Positions 60,727 through 64,000 of a DNA stretch of 64,000 nt are shown here, piece by piece. The stretch is from assembly GCA_963788885.1 (NCBI GenBank), contig CAWBIR010000003.1:15279-79278 (forward strand). Direction: 5' to 3'. A program made the position numbers and the translations under genes. This DNA comes from an uncultured Alphaproteobacteria bacterium. Lineage in GTDB: Bacteria; Pseudomonadota; Alphaproteobacteria; Rhizobiales; Xanthobacteraceae. The notes beneath the pieces are model-generated. The model was not told the origin of the DNA, did not search any database, and saw nothing but the letters and a program-made list of their open reading frames with translations. Each line of letters begins with the position of its first letter. Within the stretch, counting starts at the first letter, position 1.

Positions 60727-61695
60727 ATGCCTGACACAGTTCATTCGCTCAGTACTGCGGGAATGGGGCCGAAGAGGCAGATCCAGTATTGGTCAGATGC
60801 ACTGACCGATCTCTGCGGCCAATTTGCCGTCGATCCGCTCGAGGCGTCGACGCTCGAAGCACGGATCAACTACACCACCGTTTCGAAACTGAAGCTGTGC
60901 CAAATCGAAGCAAGCCAGCATCGGATCGCACACGCCAAGTCGCCGAGCCACAGCAGTGAGCACCCCTACGTCAAGATCCTGTTCCAGACGTACGGGATCT
61001 CCTACTTCGAGCAGAATGGCTGTCAGATTCAGATCAGACCTGGCGATTGTCTCGCCTATGACGTTTCTTCTCCGCATACGATTATCAGCCCGTCCTTGAC
61101 GCGCCATGAGGTCGTTATTGTGCCGAAGGAGTTGTTGCGCGAGCGCGGATTCAATTTCGAAAAGATGTCGGCCTGCAAACTTTCCGCGCTGACCGGCACG
61201 GGCCGTATCGCCCATGATTTTGTCCATGCGGCGTTTGGCGAGGCCGCCAAACTGTCGGCAAATAGCGCGGCCGGCGTTGCTGAATCGCTGATCGAGCTAT
61301 TGTTGCTGCCGCTGCGGGAGGCCGATACGGCATTCGACCGTTCCGGCCCGGAAGCGATGTATGTGCGGGCCCAGGCCTTCATTCGCGAGCATTTGCGCGA
61401 TCCGGACCTGTGCATCGATCAGATTTCGGCGTCGCTCGGCTGCACCAAGCGTTATCTGCACATGCTGTTCAGCGAAAGAGGCATCACCGTGAGCGATTAT
61501 ATCTGGCGCGCGCGGTTGCAGCACTGCCGTCAGGAACTAGAGACTCATGGAGGAAAGACGATTACTGACGTCGCATTCTCCTGGGGATTCTCAAGCTCAT
61601 CGCACTTCAGCCGCGTGTTCCGGAAATGCTTTGGTGTTTCGCCGTCCGCCATTCACAAGGCGCAGGGCGGCAGCATCTCTCCAAACGCGAGCTAA
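60727..61695 (+). CDS. AraC-family (FeaR-like) transcriptional regulator, divergent from xoxF
   Basis: FIREHLRDPDL...CTKRYLH.LF; ITDVAFSWGFSSSSHFSRVFRKCFGVSP. Confidence 0.92.
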   Translation: MPDTVHSLSTAGMGPKRQIQYWSDALTDLCGQFAVDPLEASTLEARINYTTVSKLKLCQIEASQHRIAHAKSPSHSSEHPYVKILFQTYGISYFEQNGCQIQIRPGDCLAYDVSSPHTIISPSLTRHEVVIVPKELLRERGFNFEKMSACKLSALTGTGRIAHDFVHAAFGEAAKLSANSAAGVAESLIELLLLPLREADTAFDRSGPEAMYVRAQAFIREHLRDPDLCIDQISASLGCTKRYLHMLFSERGITVSDYIWRARLQHCRQELETHGGKTITDVAFSWGFSSSSHFSRVFRKCFGVSPSAIHKAQGGSISPNAS

Positions 61696-61705
61696 TCGAT
61701 ATCAA

Positions 61706-61960
61706 TCAGCTTGATGGCGTGTTCGGGCAGTTGTCGGACCGAGATTTGCTGCCGCGCTTGTCGAACGGAACATGGCAGTTGTCGATTCGCTGCTCGTCGG
61801 TCCATTTTGGACCTAGCCGTTCCTTGCCGGTCAGCCCCGAACGTGGCGCCTGCGCTGTGAAGTTGCTCACGGCGTTCGCTTTTCCATCCTCGGCCAAAGC
61901 GCATGGCGTTGGCCCGATGAGCAGCAAGGCATAGAGCGAGGCTCGCGATAGCAATCCCAT
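61706..61960 (-). CDS. Small secreted hypothetical protein
   Basis: GGAGG RBS; signal-like N-terminus ending ALA; LTGKERLGPKWTDEQRIDNC...C. Confidence 0.6.
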   Translation of the reverse strand: MGLLSRASLYALLLIGPTPCALAEDGKANAVSNFTAQAPRSGLTGKERLGPKWTDEQRIDNCHVPFDKRGSKSRSDNCPNTPSS

Positions 61961-62084
61961 GGAGGCCTCCATAAATTGAACTGTCACCTCTAACCGATAT
62001 GGGATTTCCGCGGCCACCCGAAATCTGGAAACCTTTGATCCATCTCAACCCATTGCAGGAAGTTTCTTACACCGGAGATCAACG

Positions 62085-62486
62085 ATGATATCGCGCCGAT
62101 CCATCCTTCTGATACCGACCGCTTTGCTGGCCGGGACCTCATCGTTCGCCTTGGCTGCGTCAGCAGCTGATCCGATCAAGATGTTCGACCTGGATGCCGA
62201 CGGAACGCTCGACCTCGGCGAGGTAAAAAAAGCCGCCACAGAATTGTTTGGGCGACTTGACCCGGATCACGACGGGACCCTCGACAAGCGCGAACTGGCG
62301 GGACGATTGACCGCACGTGAGCTGGCTGCCGCCGATCCCGATCATGACGGCACTTTGTCGCTGGGCGAATATCTTGCCGTCGTCGAAAAGCGCTTCAACG
62401 CAGCCAATCCCGACAACGATGGAACATTGGACGCCAAAGAACTGCGAACGCCGGCCGGCCGGGCGTTGCTACGTTTGTTGAGATAG
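62085..62486 (+). CDS. lanM: Lanmodulin (four EF-hand lanthanide-binding protein)
   Basis: EF loops DLDADGTLDLGE, DPDHDGTLDKRE, DPDHDGTLSLGE, NPDNDGTLDAKE with LanM-type Pro2 and short spacing; export signal; next to xox cluster. Confidence 0.88.
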   Translation: MISRRSILLIPTALLAGTSSFALAASAADPIKMFDLDADGTLDLGEVKKAATELFGRLDPDHDGTLDKRELAGRLTARELAAADPDHDGTLSLGEYLAVVEKRFNAANPDNDGTLDAKELRTPAGRALLRLLR

Positions 62487-62576
62487 GACGAAATGGCACG
62501 AGCCCTTGCGTCAAACGTCCGGCGGTTTTACGTTCGCATTGGTGCGAGTGTTTGCACCATCACCGAGGAGCCCCAA

Positions 62577-62657
62577 ATGACTTGGAAAACTCCAAAGATC
62601 GTCGAAGTGCCGGTTGGCATGGAGATCAATATGTACGCCTGCGCGGCACGCAAGTAG
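62577..62657 (+). CDS. pqqA: PQQ precursor peptide PqqA
   Basis: GAGGAG RBS; MTWKTPKIVEVPVGMEINMYACAARK with E-x-x-x-Y core; absent from ORF track. Confidence 0.95.
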   Translation: MTWKTPKIVEVPVGMEINMYACAARK

Positions 62658-62764
62658 CCGCGAAGCGTTCTGCCCGGCTTCCGGCAGTCACCTGTCGAGA
62701 GCCGCGGCAGGCGCTGCGGTCGTTTCGAGCTGGCGCCGATCGACCACCCATTCGATTCGAATTG

Positions 62765-63646
62765 ATGATCCTCCGAACAGCAACGAGCATTCCTGCAAAA
62801 ACGTGCCAGCTGGCAATGCTGGGCTTCTTGCTGCAACCCGCTTGCAGTTTTGCCGAGGGACTCGACACCGAACACATCTACGGCTTCATGATCGGCTCGG
62901 ACGTCGGCGATGCCGGTGAACGGGAGTTTCAGACGACGACCACGGGACGATTTTCCAAGCAGGCTGGAAATTACCAGGCCCTCGATCAGCAGCTGGAAAT
63001 GGAGTTCGTGCCTTTCAAGAATTTCCGGATTGAGGTTGGAACGGCGCTCGCGGCGTACGACATCACGTCGGTTCCAGGTCTGGTGGATCGTAATCTGGCC
63101 GGTTGGCAAGGAGTCTCATTGGATTTGCGCTACCGGTTTCTCGACCGGGAAACGGCGCCGGTTGGCCTGACCCTGGCACTCGAGAACCATCGGAACCGCT
63201 TCGATGAAATCACCGGATCAGGTGCCCAAAATTACGGAACCGAACTGACGCTTGCACTCGAGCGGGATGTGATCCCGGGGCTTGCGGTCGCGACACTCAA
63301 TCTCGGCTATCAGCCGGAATGGACTCGTTTGTCAGGCGCAGCAACGGAGCAGCAGGAATCAACTCTTGCCGTCGCATTTGGGATCATGACGCAGCTGCGA
63401 CCCGATCTGATGCTCGGGGGCGAAGCGCGCTACTTCCGCAAATATGAGGGGATTGGTCTGACGGAACTGGCCGGGGAGGCTTTCTTCGTCGGCCCCACCG
63501 CCTATTTCAAGCTTTCGGACCGCGCACGTCTGACGGCCAACTGGAGTTTCCAGGCATGGGGCCGTCCCGCCGGCGCGAACGCCACGCTTGATCTCGTGAA
63601 TTTCGAACGCCAGCAGGCACGACTGGTATTTGGATTGAATTTCTAG
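62765..63646 (+). CDS. Putative outer-membrane beta-barrel protein
   Basis: Signal-like region ending SFA; alternating beta-strand patterns; terminal Phe (LVFGLNF); start uncertain. Confidence 0.6.
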   Translation: MILRTATSIPAKTCQLAMLGFLLQPACSFAEGLDTEHIYGFMIGSDVGDAGEREFQTTTTGRFSKQAGNYQALDQQLEMEFVPFKNFRIEVGTALAAYDITSVPGLVDRNLAGWQGVSLDLRYRFLDRETAPVGLTLALENHRNRFDEITGSGAQNYGTELTLALERDVIPGLAVATLNLGYQPEWTRLSGAATEQQESTLAVAFGIMTQLRPDLMLGGEARYFRKYEGIGLTELAGEAFFVGPTAYFKLSDRARLTANWSFQAWGRPAGANATLDLVNFERQQARLVFGLNF

Positions 63647-63744
63647 ATGAACGAGGCGGGATATACCGAAGGTGAAACTTCGCATCGGGCAGTTTCGTAG
63701 CTGGTCATTCTATCGATAGCCGAAAGACGTCGGAGGACATCGGC

Positions 63745-63981
63745 ATGAATGCAATCGAGCTGATCATCACGGTTTGTGCCGTCGTCTCGCCGAACACGTG
63801 CGAGGAAAGGCATTTGGCGTTTTCGTCGGATTTCTCTTTGCAACAATGTACCATGAATGCGCAGCCCTACATTGCGCAGTGGGTCGGCGAACATCCGAAA
63901 TGGACCGCCGTCAAGTGGCGCTGCGAATATCCGCATAGCCGTGAAAAGGCAGACCAGGGCCGGGTGCAATCTGCCGGCTGA
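63745..63981 (+). CDS. Small four-Cys hypothetical protein, paralog of 55700-55915
   Basis: GGAGG RBS; C..C...C-x3-AQ-x2-IAQW...P.W...C pattern. Confidence 0.7.
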   Translation: MNAIELIITVCAVVSPNTCEERHLAFSSDFSLQQCTMNAQPYIAQWVGEHPKWTAVKWRCEYPHSREKADQGRVQSAG

Positions 63982-64000
63982 GACCGGTCACAGCTGTTAT

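Noticed and set aside
62494-62509. Sigma54-like TGGCAC...TTGC upstream of pqqA
   Set aside because: One base too many between the GG and GC dinucleotides; sigma54 spacing is strict
62552-62764. Long 5' extension of the OMP ORF
   Set aside because: Overlaps pqqA, which has a strong RBS and the ExxxY motif

Overview
GC-rich alphaproteobacterial chromosome segment; gene content and order look like Bradyrhizobium or a close relative (inference). From 1 to 27 kb it is core housekeeping: glmU-glmS, DUF502, recG, sdhE-mfd, a peptide-binding protein, IalB-like, hspQ, UbiH-like, pcs, TerC, qor, argD and rimO. From 27 to 32.4 kb lies the nitrite-assimilation module nasT-nasS-nirA-flavoprotein, with a sigma54 promoter and an ANTAR-type leader. 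From 33 to 48.5 kb are catabolic and transport genes: pxpBCA, RraA-like, cupin, a CUT1 ABC transporter with a 2-hydroxyacid dehydrogenase, VOC, MFS and an aldehyde dehydrogenase. From 48.5 to 64 kb is a PQQ/lanthanide/C1 region: xoxF-xoxG-frmA-gfa, two more PQQ dehydrogenases, cytochromes c, SCO, a SoxC/SoxD-like pair, an AraC regulator, lanmodulin, pqqA (missed by the ORF track), a putative outer-membrane protein and two paralogous small Cys proteins. Most notable: (1) an apparent operon encoding a PQQ dehydrogenase fused to an amicyanin-type copper domain, followed by SCO, a Mo sulfite-dehydrogenase-family enzyme and a cytochrome c; (2) a candidate Arg-sensing leader-peptide attenuator upstream of argD; (3) three diverged copies of a CTAG-bounded double-hairpin intergenic repeat with compensatory substitutions. 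No CRISPR array, rRNA, tRNA or transposase was seen. All calls come from reading the sequence by eye; no searches were run.
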